Positions 42,360 through 57,284 of a stretch of DNA of 64,000 nt are shown here, one piece after another. This DNA comes from Antedon mediterranea. Lineage: Eukaryota > Animalia > Echinodermata. The position numbers were made by a program, and so were the translations under genes. The notes beneath the pieces were generated by a model. The model saw nothing but the letters and a program-made list of their open reading frames with translations. It was not told the origin of the DNA and did no database searches. The stretch's first letter is position 1. Every line of letters starts with the position of its first letter. Location: assembly GCF_964355755.1 (NCBI RefSeq), contig NC_092672.1:28092437-28156436 (forward strand), written 5' to 3'.

Positions 42360-42528
42360 CAGGGGAAAATTTCATTTTTAAATTTGGTTTAGCAATAATA
42401 TTGCTAATCAAACTGATTTTTGAGTCGAGAAACATAGTTTTGTATTGTATTTTTTGCTACACAAATTTAAAAATCTGTAGCAAAAAGGTTGTTTTGTATA
42501 GCTTTTATTTTTTAGAAATTATTCCCTG
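42360..42528 (+). mobile_element. CAGGG...CCCTG MITE with 5-bp TSD (ATGTA)
   Basis: Close match to 20409-20583; ATGTA at 42355-42359 and 42529-42533. Confidence 0.8.
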
Positions 42529-45500
42529 ATGTAATGTAATTTAATGTATCAGAGAAGACAAAACTTCCATGCGGTTGAGTCGTCAACAAAGGAAACTTAA
42601 TGATTGTTTCGTCATTGGTGTCACCTTGGTTTTTAAGGTTACAAATTTATTGTACGTTAGATATGTAACAAAGACCAACGTCATGAGTACCTCTATGCGA
42701 AGTATCCATATTGAGTACCAAAGTATACAGACACCGTAGCACCATGCTACTTGCATGATAATTCTCACTAATCTTACTAGTCTAGGTTCTAAATGATTCA
42801 AGTTAATTAAAAGTAAAACAATTTTGGCACATGTGGCATGTTATAGTTAAAAAACAAGACATTCGCCGCTGGTGGCACTACGTAAAAAGAAAGAATGACT
42901 ATAGACTTTTGTAGCAATTAGTCTAGCAAAGATCGCAGTACCATTTAAATTATGAAGCCCGCTAAAATTGCCAAACAGACAGCATGCCTGACAACAGTTT
43001 TCCATTGCACAATTAGTATTGTCATTTTGGAATTACATTGATTAGGAAATTAAGTACCTAGATACAGTATCGAAAACCCCATTTTCTCATTAACATATTC
43101 ACCTGTTTTTTATGAGCACCAGTTGTGAGTTGTTGGAACAAATAATTGGATTCAAAATTACCTTCTTTCTTAGGGTAATGTATCATGGGAGAGGTCTGAT
43201 TGCTGTAACCCCAATATTTAAAACTCTAGACCACCCTAAAGCACTTTAATTGGAGGCCTCTATTAACTCCCAAGTTAGGCAATGGTGTAGTTCATTATCA
43301 TGGAGAAAATAATTTGATGGGTTAAATTGACCCTAGAAGACCTTCATACTATAGATACTGTTTCACATTATGATTAAATACACAAATTCCACTCAAGATA
43401 AATTAATCCACTAAGGGGGATAAAATAATAGTGTATGATCTGATGACTCTAGTTGAATGAATATGATGAAACTGTCGACTCCATAGGATGTATGCATATA
43501 CCCACTCGTAATATCATCCCTCCCCCCTCCCCTTCCTCACAACAACCAAATAAACAGTCAACAAGGCATATTAGTACACTGTACTCTATCTTGCTATTAA
43601 TATTAATAATATTAATCATTCATTTTGTAATTTATTCGGGTTTGTATTTTGTTCTAAATGCCGAGTTATTAATTATTATTTATTTATATTAAATACTATA
43701 TATTGCTATCATAATTAAAACATCCTCAGTTTTTATTTTTGTTCGTATTGTATTTTCAAATATTAATAAATTAACACTTAGCGGCCATATCTATGATAAG
43801 CTCATAATCGGTGGTTAAATAAATTAACATTGGTTAAAATAAAAAGTACGGTAATTTTCAAACTGATAATACTCATCCAAATGTTAAAAGTAACTCGGAA
43901 AAAATTGTTCCAGATTCTTGCAGTCATCAAACAATATAAAATATTGTTAAATAAATAATTTAAATAAAATGAGCAAGTATATCCAAAAAAAAATTAAGTC
44001 ATTTTCAAACTGATAGTCATTCAAATGTTAAAAGTAACTCGGAAAAAATTTTTCCAGATTCTTGGTTCAGCAGTGAAAAACAAGCAGTTAGCAAATGTCC
44101 TTCGTTTCTTTAGATTGGGTATTTAATTTTTAAGAAAAGGTACACATACTGTATAGCCGGAAAAAGGTTGTTCATTTTACAGACTTTATTTGAAGATTTA
44201 TGAGTCAAACGATACAATTATAATGCACAGTGTACTACCTATCTTTGTGTGTAATCTATATGGGTGTCCATTGTTGAATAGTTATTGGGTTTGTTCTATT
44301 GAATCTTTTTAGGAGACAATGACCCCTAACTAAAACTTACACCAAAAACGCTTACATTTTCCATTGTTAAATGTTACAAAGCGACGTGTGAAATTCTATT
44401 CGTTTGGGATAATAAAAATGGGCTAAGTTTTTAGACCACTTGGTGCACGATTAGCCGTTTTTTACCCTTTTATCCGTTGAAATCTGAGAGAAGTGACGGA
44501 GACTTGAGGTGGCAAAATTCGTACTTGTTACAATGGTGCTTGAGGGGGTGTTTTATAGACGCATCCTAATAAAATATTGTTAAATAAATAATTTAAATGA
44601 AATACGCAAGTACTGATAAGTCCTCTATTATTTCTTAAACAGTGAAGCATTGTCCGTGGTATTGTTGACAATTAGTGTCTGTGAATAGCACATGCGGTAA
44701 TGACTCCATATACAGCATTTTAGAATACACACGTGTTATATAACAGGAACTGTTTTGTAAAGCTTAGAATTTTTTTAGAGCAGTTCGGCTACTGCGCCAC
44801 TTGACTTTCTGACAGTTTGTTCTGTAAGCTTTAATACAAACATTAAATCATCGATGAATAAAAGAATTCTTTATTTCTAATTCGAATCAAATTGTTGCGT
44901 AAATTAGGGGTTTATGGTTCAAAGTTGAAACATTCACCTAAAAAGAAATCCTTACCTGAAGCATAACGATTAAAGATTATTTTACTGTTATATAAATTTT
45001 TATATCTTCGAAAATCTTCGAAAATTTTCACAATTTCATAGGACCTGTTTCTATTGAAAGATAGAGTTCAATTCAGGTTGATTTTCAATCAAAATTAAAT
45101 CGGTTAACGTTATTTACTTATTGTTCGTGGTTGATTGTGTAATTATGTCTCGACGTTATTCAATTCAAGTGAGTTTTCAAATGTTTCGACCATCTGAGGT
45201 GAAGTCAAAATTACTCCAGCACGGAAACAAACCATTTTAAAAGTCAATTTAGATCAGAATTTTGGCAAGAAAATATGGTTCAATGGAAATGGTTCCATGG
45301 AGACCTAGCTGGACTGACTCGCTTATATCTGGGCCTGGTCCTATTCAGTGAAATGAAAAAAATTATTACAAATCTAGGCTAGCTTGTAGATAGACAAAAT
45401 TAAAGTACTGGAAGTGGTTCCTTCACGAATTTGGGGTGTGTGTGTGTGTGTGATAAGAAATAACTACATTAGGGCACCTTTTTTCAGGGACACCCCAGTG

Positions 45501-45571
45501 AAATGAATGAGGGGAAATGTAATTTACTTAAAAACCAATCCATTTATTCAAAGATGATATGAAGAGGACAC

Positions 45572-45740
45572 TAAAGCCTTGTCTACACTATCAAACTTTA
45601 TGTGAAAAAAAAGTGTGATGTACTCAAATATGGTAGTGATATGCTTAAATATAGTAGTGATATGAATGATAACATCATGTCCATATGGGCACATCACATT
45701 TTGTTGTCGCATAAGGTTTGATAGTGTAGACAAGGCTTTA
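45572..45740. mobile_element. ~165-bp MITE copy with perfect TIRs
   Basis: TAAAGCCTTGTCTACACTATCAAAC ... GTTTGATAGTGTAGACAAGGCTTTA. Confidence 0.85.
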
Positions 45741-48293
45741 TAGAGGTTTTCTACTGTATTGACTTTCTTCAAATGAATTTCACAAGTCTTTGTTCATTGA
45801 ATGGTTGGATTCATTAAAGAATTAAAGCATTAAAAAGTTGCATTCGTACTGTAGTGTAGTTACATAAACACTACTGTGTATTGGTTGAACCCAAACATAT
45901 AATATCCTATACTCCTCCTACATGACTGTTAACTTGCTTGTTAACCCATCCTTTTACCAATAAACAACACAGCAGTTACAAAACTCAAATTGACCTTTTA
46001 GTTTGTTTTATCATCATTTACTTGTGGACTTTCAAATAAATAAAACCACATCAATTAACTGGTGGCTACCAGTAAAGGGAATATTAAAAGCCTTTCTGGT
46101 TTTTGAGCACACGTACAAAGAAAACAAATCTGCTAGTATCATGTTAGTAGCTGGATATAGGAAATCCAACAATTGGTTATCTATCCCTGTATCTACTTAA
46201 AGGAACATTCTTAACTGGTGACTGAAAAATATATTTGGGTCAATGTAAATGACCTACACCTTCTTTGGGATGATAATGCAGTACAACTGTAGGAAAATTT
46301 AGAAAATTTACATTTTTTCTGAGCTCTTTTACTGATATGTACTGAAAAGAATAAATAAATATTGGACCCCAATCAATTTGGCATTCGGAGAAAGGTGCAG
46401 AGTTGGGCCATTATTTCTTTACTCTTGATTTTCTCTGTTTGATAACATGGAGAAATAAATTATTCCCCATGGTTATAATTATTATAATATATATGAAATA
46501 AGTGGACTTTTGTGCTTACTTACACCTGCCTTTTTGTTGCTGGTACAGTACTAAGTTTTTTGACACACTGACTCTTTGGTTAAACTTGAGTCAGTACTAT
46601 TATTAACACTTCTAGTAGCGTAACAGATATGAGCACTCACTGGCTAAATCCAGGGGCCCCTAAGCTTAAGGGACCCAGAGCATAAACAGCCTCAGTGCAA
46701 TTGCCTAGCATTGGAGGGCCTTAGGAGCCAGTTACCCCTCTGATCACCAAAACCCTCAAACCCCTCTTTCACTACTGTACCATCAAATAGAATATGCTTA
46801 ACCATTGACCTACATTTTAGATAACCCATTTGTACTCCACAGTCACAAACATTCTTGACTGGTTAGTCTTCTTATCATCTAGGCCTAACTGATGATGTTA
46901 TTATTTGTAAATTGGCCTTTTGACTGCCAAGGCATTCACATTTTCCCTTGTTGACTTCTCTCTTGGCTTCTAGTAAAATGATAGTTATTACAATGCAATT
47001 GTTTTTATTATCACTCTTCATAGTGAGAAATGATAATAGTAATTTGTAGTTTGACATGTATACCTGTCCATCATCATGCTCCTACTAACATGGGTTTTTA
47101 TATTCTGAACAAAATGTTCTATTGATTGGATGAGTTCTTCTAATTTCCATTCATATAAAATTACAAGTGAATGAAAATAAATATATATAATAATATTCTG
47201 TCATCAAAATATGAAATATATATTTTAAATAAGTAATAAAATATTCTTTTCAAACAGTTTTTTAAAAGCTATGTTTATATGTTCTTTTCTCACCAAAACC
47301 AACATCAAAAGTATATTAAATAAGGGTTTCTTTTCTGTGAGTTGCGAATCAGAAAGTGTGAGTTGCGGATCGGAAAGTGCGGGTTGCAAGTCGCAATTTG
47401 CAACTTGCATTGAAGTAACACTCATATTAAATATGCCTAACTTGTGACAATGTTATGGCCAAAGTATTTTCAACTACTACTAGGTAGGCCTAAATCTATC
47501 TTTTTTATTGGTTGCTTACATCATGAGTGAAATTACCCCTTTTTGTGGAAAAACAACCCCCTTGTTTTTATAAGTTAACTACAATGATGTATAAGAAAGT
47601 TGTACATAGGTTTTAACTTAGATATAATTTAGATTAGTCTGTTCTATCCACATATAACACTAGTAGTTTGTGACTGGGAGCACTATAATGATGTACAAAT
47701 ATAAAGCAATATATTTATACTGTGATTGATGAAAGGAAATTTGTGGAGGGAAATTGAAACAAAAGAAATGCTAAATAGTCGGTTAGGAGCAGCACACAAG
47801 TTAATGAAAACAGTTTAGCTGGGAACTTTACATAAACACATTCCAACAGTATGTCAGGACAAAAATAAACTGTGTTTGGTTTATTAGCTTTTGGTGGGGG
47901 AGTTAATGATGAGATGAGGTAGTATTTGAGTTGTTGATGGAAAAGGTGGCTGAGAGAAGCTCATTGTTTGGGACATCTTGTATTTGATCTAATGGGGTTC
48001 AAGGTTTAATTGCTATGTACTGTAGGGATGTTTATGTTTGTCAGAGGTAAAAAATGTATTAAGTAGTTTACACTCCAATGAAGGACCATTTGTATAACCT
48101 GTGATTAAAGCATTGTTGAATGTACAGATAGCACCTAAAGTCTAATACATTTTAAACATTTATTCATTTATTATAGCGCCTTCCTGTACTTATGATTTTT
48201 TTTTTCTTAAATTATTTTTAATACCAAACCAAATATAAAATAGTTACTGTAATAATTTTAAAATTAGTTTTTAGTTATATATACTTAGAATAT

Positions 48294-48545
48294 CACAGGC
48301 ACAGAATAAATTCTAAACCACCCAGTGATATACTGAAAATATATTAATTAATATGAAACAATAAGATGAAAAAATCTGTGAAAATGAGAAAAAGACTCAA
48401 ACCCGGAACCATCTGCTTGATATGCAGATGTCAAACCATTAGACCACTGCAGTTTTCATGGTATTGTTCGAACTTGATTGGATAGCAACTCTTTAACACT
48501 CACGGCGTGGTACGGCTGAACACCACTAGAGCTCTCTATTATACG
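48294..48545 (-). repeat. Dispersed repeat with internal tRNA-like segment
   Basis: Reverse-complement homology to 57285-57525 and direct homology to 26805-26945. Confidence 0.6.
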
Positions 48546-49213
48546 CACGTGCACCGAAAATCAAATTGATGTTTTAATAGTTATTATATTTCCCTAATTA
48601 TTGTTCAATCCAAAAATAAAATTGAAAGTTAAAAACTTGGAAAATTATAAATAGGGAAGATTATTTACACACACTTAAAAAAAAATGCCCAAATGAACCT
48701 GAAATGAGGCACAAGTAAAGGCTATACAGATTCACCTTCCATGTTTTATACTTCAATATATCAATGGCATTCTAATCTGCTTTAAAGCCACAAAAATTGC
48801 CAGAATTATGATTGGTAGCTAATTTTTGTGTTGAACTAAAGCGTGCCTTGTTGTCCCCAAGTGGTTATTTAAGGTAAATAGATCTGTATTTTTATTGTCC
48901 CAGAACACCAGTTTGCTATCTATTATATGCTAGGAATGTATTTAGTCTTCTTCAGTTTCCAGTAGATTCCTCCAAAAAGCTCTTTTTTGATTGACCACTG
49001 GGTTTCAATGGTCCCCAATGGTCCCTAATGGGCATAGGTTGATGCAGTGTAATGCACCAAGAATTTCCAAATTGAGGAAAACTGTTTTTCTTGTTTTAAA
49101 CTGATAGCTTGTTTTTTTGTTTTTGATAGCAGTTTCATTTTACAAATCCCTTGAGTTTTATTGTAAGGCTGTTGGGTTTATTGATCAATAAAATATTTGA
49201 ATAAATGGGTGAT

Positions 49214-49650
49214 TTTCTCATTTTGCTCTTTCTTTTTCTTACGTTCTTTTCTCCCTTTCACATTTCATCCTTCTTTTCTTCCATCTCTTTCCTTTTGACA
49301 TCTTTTGCCTTCCTACTTTCTTTTTTTACCCTTTGTCCTTTGTGATTTTCCTCCCTTCAAGTTCTCTTCCTCTTTTCTACATTTTTGTTCTTTGAAGTTC
49401 TCTTCCTCTTTTCTACATTTCCTCCTTTTTTCTTGCTCATTTCTACTTTTCCTCTTTTCCTTTTTTGTCTCCTCTTCTTTTTTCCCTTCCTTTCTACCAT
49501 TTTTTTTCTATTCCACTTTTTACCTTTTCACTACTTTTTTTTAAATATTATTTTCTACTTTCCATCTATATTTTTCTCTTCATTTGTTTTCTCTTTACTT
49601 TTCGTTTTCATTTTTTCCTTTCTATTTTCTCATCCTTCCTATTTTCCTGC
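49214..49650. repeat. Polypyrimidine (CT-rich) low-complexity tract
   Basis: Almost only C/T on the + strand for ~430 bp. Confidence 0.8.
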
Positions 49651-51653
49651 TGAAAATGTGAATATGGGTTATTTTCACATTTACTTTTTCCATTATCCAT
49701 TTAAAGGTGTTAATTCAAGCTGAAGTTCACCATTCTATATACTGTTTACACCTAAAATCTTCCATACCACAACTGTCCATATCAATTAAACTCATACCTA
49801 TGCGTTTGACCCACTGGTCAAGAATTGTCACTTTCTCCTCATAGTGACCCATGTAACCAATCTCCTCCACATCAGATGCTGGTCATCACAAGCGGCTACT
49901 GCAATATTGTTTCTACTTGATCTTCAAATATGATTGCAAATTTTTCCATTAACCTTTCTTGACCTAGAATTTTTTTCTATTACAATTTTTTTTTTTGTCA
50001 TATGTCAAAATGATTTGTGTGTGTGGTACAGAAGTTAGATTTATATTTCAACAGAATGACAGACATGGGTTATATGAGATGTATGCTAGTATTTTGTGCA
50101 AAGTGATATTATTTCATAAGAATATGTTTAAAAATAAAATTGACAGTTTTTGTAGCACGATGTTATTATTATTGTGAAATTCTAAAGTTTATACTCATCC
50201 CTAGTTGAAATTTTTATTTACATAAAATAATAAAGGCAAAATAAAAAATTCAAAATTTTTATTTTGTTATTTTACTATTAATACAGTATTAGCTACCAAA
50301 ATGATTATTGTAAAAAAAGTCAACCGTCCCATGGTGAACTCATACCTGAGTATCGAATCAGTATCATAAACTGAAATTGAATACCAAAATGAACCATTTT
50401 TGGTTACCCAAGTTTGATACCCGAGATGCTGTGTTAATCATTCAATATTGTAGTTCTTTCCTTAAAAAAAAACCCCTGTCATATTATGTGACAATATTTA
50501 TACATTATGCACAATTTATTTTGCTGAGTATATATATCATATGTTTCAAAATATGCCAAAATGTTTCTTGATATCTATGTTACTTATGTCACATCCTACC
50601 CCAGGACATTGAACACGCCCCACACGGGACTGCACATCACATTGGAGCACGTGTCGGTGGAGCATTCAAACAAGACTGTGTTTTCACAGGTGCCTAGGAA
50701 TTTTAACTCTACCCAGATAGTTGCCCAATTAGTATGATGTACAAACATCTTTGTCAAAACCTTCTCTTCTCAACAAAATATTATTATAACTCGTGTGGCA
50801 ATCCTGTGCTTTGATCCTTCATGTATCTTCTTGCAGCTTCTGGTTATTTCAGTTATTTTTTATAAATCATATTTATTTTTATAATTGAAATAGCTGATAA
50901 AACAAGTTTAGTGTATGTTGTCTTTTCTAGCCTACTGCCTTTATTAGGACTACGCATTTTTAATGTTGACACTTAACATTTAATTTCTCACTTGAAACTA
51001 CTGTAGGTCCGTCTATCCATTGTTTAGGTCCCTCCTAGATATAGGCCCTGGTCACTTATCTTCCTGGATATCTCTATTCTGTTACACTACCGTAGATCTC
51101 CCTATTTTATAGTCCGTATCTCTCCTTATTTTCTAGGCTCTGTCTTTCGTACAGTATTTTCTAGGCCCTGTGTCTCTAAAAGGCATTGTGTCTCGCTGTT
51201 TCAATGCCCAGTCTTTTCCTATTTGCTGGTACTATGTCTGTCTCCCTCTTTTCTAGGTCATGTCTCCCCATCTTTTTTTTTTGGTCCTGTCTCTCCCTAT
51301 TTTCTAGTTCATGCCTCCCTATCTTCTAGGCCCTCCTTATTTTCTGGGACAAACAATTGGACATTAGGTATCAACTTGTGTTATGACAATGTGAGAAAGT
51401 TATTGCAACATTTAAGTTTAGGCAGGTTTAGCTTGTTTAATAAAGCAGGGATGCTATTCACTTCTTACTTCTTTCTTATCTTAACTTTGTCTCCAATAAG
51501 TTGATTCTGTCACCAACTTTCAAGTGTCTAGATAACAGATATTTGCTTGTATAAGCTTTGTGTGATGTGATAAAGAAATAAATTAAATGATTATTACGTG
51601 TTGAGATGTCTTCTATCGTCTATAAATACCATGTTATTTTAGCTTTGCCTATT

Positions 51654-51787
51654 CTCTCCCCACCCCGTCCTCTGTTCTCCCCACCTCGTCCTCAGTTCTC
51701 CCCACCCCGTCCTCTGTTCTCCCCACCCCGTCCTCTGTTCTCCCCACCCCGTCCTCTGTTCTCCCCACCCCGTCCTCTATTTCCCCC
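51654..51787. repeat. 21-bp tandem repeat
   Basis: About six units of TCTCCCCACCCCGTCCTCTGT. Confidence 0.9.
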
Positions 51788-52657
51788 TAAAAGCTTCTGT
51801 AGTTTAAAATGCAATTAAGTCAGTTTGGTAACCTAGATTGGTAAAGCTAGCCTATTCAGTTTTACTATCTCTATGTTTATTTTGATAAATTACTCAAGAA
51901 CAAAGCTTAGGATGTTTTCCCGCTTAAATTTTGGTAGAGCAAAGTGGTTGGTTGATTTGACCAAACAAATTTTATGAAATTTTGGCTGTACCAGCCATAG
52001 CCTGCTAATTAGATTAGCCAGAAATAATGCCAAGGTAGAGGCACTCACTATTTGAAGTGGGAGCAAAGTTAATTAACAAGTAAATATTATAAGAGGTTAT
52101 AAGAATCTAGATACTGCACAGTATAATGGTTAAATTTACAGAGCATTATCAACAAACATACTGTTAGGTTTTGTGATTACTAATTAAATTGTTAGGTAAA
52201 TTGGGTTTGCAAGGATTTTGTGTTTTTCAAGGACAATCCAGAATAGCAATTATAAAATGCTTAGAGAGGTGTTTACAATTAATGTAATTAAATGTGATTA
52301 AATGCTGTAATCAGACCAGGGAGTGGCATTTTACAACTCCCTAGTCCGACCTAGGTATTTTTAGCTTATTTATTTGTAATTTCATCATACCATGATTGAT
52401 CTACCACATATGTGTTTGCCATATTGGAACTTTTTAATATTAATTTATTATATTTATTAATTAAGTGACATAATAATGTATATTTGATAGTTTTATACAA
52501 AACCTCAAATGAATTATCATTATATATAAATTTTCCAAAAGAATTTTAGTAGGCCTATAATACACTAGATGTAAAAATGATAAATATTTCCAAAAGTATA
52601 TTTAAAACTGAAACTGAACCTCTTAAAATAAAACCTTTCAATCACTTGTTTTTTTTC

Positions 52658-52970
52658 AATACCAGACACATTTGGACTAGAGCACCTAATACCAGACACA
52701 TTTGGGCTAGCACCCAATACCAGACACATTTGGGCTAGAGCACCCAATACCAGACACATTTGGGCTAGCACCCAATACCAGACACGTTTGGGCTAGCACC
52801 CAATACCAGACACATTTGGGCTAGCACCCAATACCAGACACATTTGGGCTAGCACCCAATACCAGACACCTTTAGGCTAGTACTAGTAGTACCCAATACC
52901 AGACACATTGTTCTGGCAACCAATACCAGACATCTTTGTTCTGGCAACCAGTACCAGACACCTTTGAGCT
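52658..52970. repeat. ~27-bp tandem repeat
   Basis: Units CAATACCAGACACATTTGGGCTAGCAC, degenerating towards the 3' end. Confidence 0.9.
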
Positions 52971-53611
52971 GGCCCAATTGCCCAGTTTTTCAGAAAATCT
53001 TGGTTCTCCGATGGAATTTCAATAGATTATTACTAATGAATTTTACACCTTTTGGCCGAGTAAGTGACTCTCTTCTTTGCAGGGCTAGTAAGTGATTCTC
53101 TTCTTTGCAGGGTGGTTTCATTTGACCATACATTATCTTGTTCAAGGACTATGTCCATCAATTATTATCATCAGGGTAATAATCCTTGTATTAATTAATC
53201 ACGTATTTCGGAAATGCAGGCACGTGGCTGGCCAGCCTTAAGCGATTCAGACCTCCCTACTTGACTAATCATATCCCCCTCTGGATCACATTAATTCAAA
53301 ATGCCTTGAAATTAATGATTCCAGCAGAGGATTTTGGTTTATGTTTCCTGGGGGAAATGTTAACTGGATTTTTTAATTGAAAGCATTCCATAACAGAGAA
53401 TTTATTTAAAATTTGGGAGTATTCAATTAAGTATTTTGTCCATGGTAATAGACAGTTTTATGAAGGAGGTAGGCCTAAATGTAGGCCTACATTATGCAGA
53501 AATTGCCTGATGTTGTTGACAAATAAGCATTTATTTGAAAATTTAATATATGACTGCATTTTTGCTAAGTTTGTGCTACCAAAAATCAGTGGTTGGTCAG
53601 GCTGCTTGTAT

Positions 53612-54388
53612 GGGCGCGTTTATACAACACGCTATTACACGCATATTCTACACGCCTACGAGAAGTGTGTTGTATAACAACAAAGAGATTCCGTGTAATG
53701 AGATTTTAATTGCAAAAAAAGGCTACTTGGCTGAATCCTAAAATTTGGTGGATTCCCGGTCGCCGTTACCGTGTTGGAAGTGTCCTCAGGGTATATTTTG
53801 ACCTCTCGTTAAAACAGGTCGTAATATCAATCATGTCATGCGACGTCTAACAAGATTGGGCCCATTTATTGCTGCTTCGCTGCCAGCAATCATCCTCCTA
53901 CCACGTCTTACGCCTAGCCTGGTAGGGCCAACTCGTAGTGGTAGTAGGCCTCTATAGACTATCGTTTCCCACTCCAAACAGAATAAAAAATAACATCGCA
54001 AAAATGGCATCTTCTTCCATAGTGTTAGATGAAACAATGAAACCCTTAAAATAACTTTTATTAATTTAAATGAACCGAGAACAAAATAAACAACAATGCA
54101 AACGTGAACGAATACAATAATGAAAATGGTAAAAACCGCGCGAATACATCGGACAGCGAGGAGGCGACGATGATTTGTTGACAACAACCCAGCCAACAAT
54201 TCAATTCAAGCGATCAACGATTTGACCTTTTATCCTAGCATGCACTGCGTGTTGATGAAACTTCCGGTACAACACGGTATCGTGATTTCTAGTATAACAG
54301 CAAACGTTAAGGTGGGTTGACCTCGGTCCGAACAACACGCTAAAAATTTAAGCCGTGTTCAAATTTAGGGTGTTGTATAAACACGACC
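53612..54388. mobile_element. Non-autonomous PIF/Harbinger-like DNA transposon
   Basis: TAT|GGGCGCGTTTATACAACACGCTA ... TAGGGTGTTGTATAAACACGACC|TAT: imperfect ~23-bp TIR and 3-bp TSD; CpG-rich interior. Confidence 0.7.
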
Positions 54389-55871
54389 TATGTTTTATAA
54401 TGAAAGAAGTATGGCAAGTGCACATGATTTTATTATAAAAGTGAATAGCCCCCTCTAGACTCATGGACCTAATATTAGTTCATAGTGAACCTAATAATAA
54501 CAATTTGTGTGTTTAATTGTTATTCTATTAACCATCTTAAAATAAAATACATATGAAACAATTTAAAAACATGATTGACAAAACAAAATATAAACTTTTG
54601 CCAAAACTTTAATATGAGAAATGTGAAAATTTTTTACAAAAGCTACTGTTTACTAAATATTTCTGAATATGCTTAATTAGGGACAGTGTTCGTATTGGTC
54701 TTTTCTTGGTCGACTTTGCCAGCAACTTGTAGATCCAATGCGATTAGGTGCAGGTTTGTTTCTAGCAAGGCAGAATTGTACTCCTTCCTGGTTCTAGCAA
54801 CATAAAATAGCAGTAATCAACAACATAGCCTCTTCTTTAGTTTTGTCCCAAGTAGGCCTACACCTTGAAATTGAATACATTTTTAGCAGCAAACATATCT
54901 TTCACCACCAGCATGGTAATAAGTTTATTTTTCAGGACACAGTCATGCTTTTCAGCCTTTATTTTCAACTGTCAAATTTAAATGACTAAAATATTTTGAA
55001 AGACTGAACCACCCATAAATTTCAATCTACAGTATATCATTTTTGGCTTTCATATAAAAAAATTAACACCAGGCATAAAATGCTAAGTTTATGTTAATAA
55101 ACTGTCTTCATGTATTGAATTATTTCTTCATACTGTATGTATCCATGGTTTCTGTCAATCATTGAGGTAAAAATAACTGTGTTTTTTTTTTGTCTATTCA
55201 TGTTATTTTATCTTATCCCAGGCAATTAAACAATTACTGTAATCCCAATCACCATTTTAGCCAAGTGTCCTGTCTTCTGCTACAACAATGAAATATGGTT
55301 TAGTTTATTCATATGGTTAACAATAATTTCGCAGCAGAAGCAGGACTTAAAACTTTTTACTCATCACCCTTAGGCTGAGAGAAACACTAAAATCTCATAT
55401 CTAATCTAACTAAGTGAATACATTACAATTTAGAGAAATACTTAAATATTTATTGAGTTAAAAGTGAAATACTTTATATTTAAGGGAAATATCTCACTTA
55501 AGTGAGTCACTGCTTCATAAAATATTTTTAATTAGAGGAAGACCTGTTTTATAAATCTGAAAATACTCATGGAAACAACAGCCTTGATTTAGATTTATTT
55601 TTCATGCTAATTGATGATACAGACCTGTTTCCAATCAAGATGTCACTAGATATGTCCCTTTTATGGGCATAGACTATATTGTTTCACACAAATTTGTCAC
55701 CTGATGTGGGGAGGTGTTTGAATGACATGTGGTGTCTTGACCTCTCACCTGCTTCATTAACCATCAACAATGACATTATCATGGTCTATGTTCTCATGTG
55801 GCACCCATACCACCCTATCTCAATACAGTCCACTAATGTATATTATAACATTGGTTGTTGTTAACATTTAT

Positions 55872-56443
55872 AAAGGCCCATTTACACTAGGATTTGTCTA
55901 AGGATGGATAAGCAAGCCTGCCAGCTACAGCGATTTTAATTGCTTTTGCTTATCCTTTCCTCCTTAGATTTCCACCTGTCTTGTTTTTGTTACCTTGTTT
56001 TAAATGTATTTCAATTTTTAAAGGCTAAATATAGAATGAATGAATGAATGAATGACATGACAATAACGATCGACGATAAATAGACACATATGCATTTTTA
56101 ATACATAAAACAAAAGAAATATAAAAACTTTTCAATCTAGAACTATAGAACAACCATCTATGCTGTCTTTACTGAAAAGGATATTTTCAAACGTCCAATC
56201 AAATAACGTCATGTTTAGTAAGAGCAATAATATCATGACAATACAACTATTTTATTGTTTTTATTTCTCATGACGTCATTTGATTGGAATTTTAAAATTA
56301 TCATTTTTATCAAAGACAGCATAAATGATTATCCTATAGTTCTAGAACAAAAACCTTTCTAATTTCTTTTGTTTTATGTAAACAAAATGCATGCTTATAT
56401 ATTTATCGTCGATCGTTATCGTCCTAGTGTAAATGGGCCTTTA
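55872..56443. mobile_element. Long-TIR foldback MITE (Harbinger-like ends); left arm interrupted by a ~165-bp retro-insert
   Basis: AAAGGCCCATTTACACTAGGA ... TCCTAGTGTAAATGGGCCTTT; 56060-56213 is the imperfect reverse complement of 56269-56421; the insert (~55893-56057) ends in (TGAA)n. Confidence 0.8.
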
Positions 56444-56505
56444 TACTGTAAAATTCAGTGTCTAGAAATCTGAGTTTTCTGGAACTAGAATAGAAAACAG
56501 ACATC

Positions 56506-56809
56506 TTAAAGATAACCAAACAAATATATGTTTTTAATGTTTTTGTTGAATATGCCATTTTAATTTCACAATAGTTTTTCACTTTGGCCAAAAATTGATA
56601 GAAAACAAATTATTTAGCTTAAAAAACTGCAATTTAAAGCAAAAAATGGTCAAATTGAATGGATGGAAGTCATTGGTTTTGGTTGAATTTAACCATTTAT
56701 TATATCTTTTTATAAGTAAAAACATTTTTGTTTTGTTTTTCTCTATGAAACTTTATTAATCTCTTTATTAATTTTAATTTTTCATTTTTTGGGGACAATA
56801 CATCTTTAA
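56506..56809 (-). mobile_element. Kolobok-like non-autonomous element (inverted copy of 7674-7990)
   Basis: Ends GGGGACAATACATCT|TTAA; TTAA|AGATA at the other end. Confidence 0.55.
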
Positions 56810-57284
56810 TTATCAAGAACTATCAGATATCTGCCATAAAGTTAATCCCTCAGATATACTTCATTTGTAAAACATATCCAATTCTCTTAAATAATGGAAA
56901 TTTGTATCTGATTCTGATTAGATAAAATGGATACTCTAAAAATAGCAGTATTTCCAATTACCTACCCTCTGATTAGTAATGGAACTATATTTTCTTGATA
57001 CACCCATTTATAATCCCTTGTTTCTCAACCATTAAAAGTAATACCTGTTCTACATTATGGGATGGACTTTTTCTTTGAGGAAAACCTTGAACCTCAGCCA
57101 ATTTTATGGCTATGGTTTGTGGCGCCCCTGGCCTTATTTTTTCTTTTAATCTTTGTTTACTAAGGATGACTCAAACAGCAAAAGCTGACAACGTGAGACC
57201 CTTGAACACTTACAAAACAAAAACATGAAACGAGAATAATTTAACCCCTGAAAAAAATAGGCCTATAATGATTTTTATCAAAAT

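Noticed and set aside
49305-49723. Phe/Ser/Leu-rich ORFs
   Set aside because: Artefact of a polypyrimidine tract.
53831-54199. 122-aa ORF as a host gene
   Set aside because: Lies inside a TIR-bounded element; no recognisable domain or splice context.
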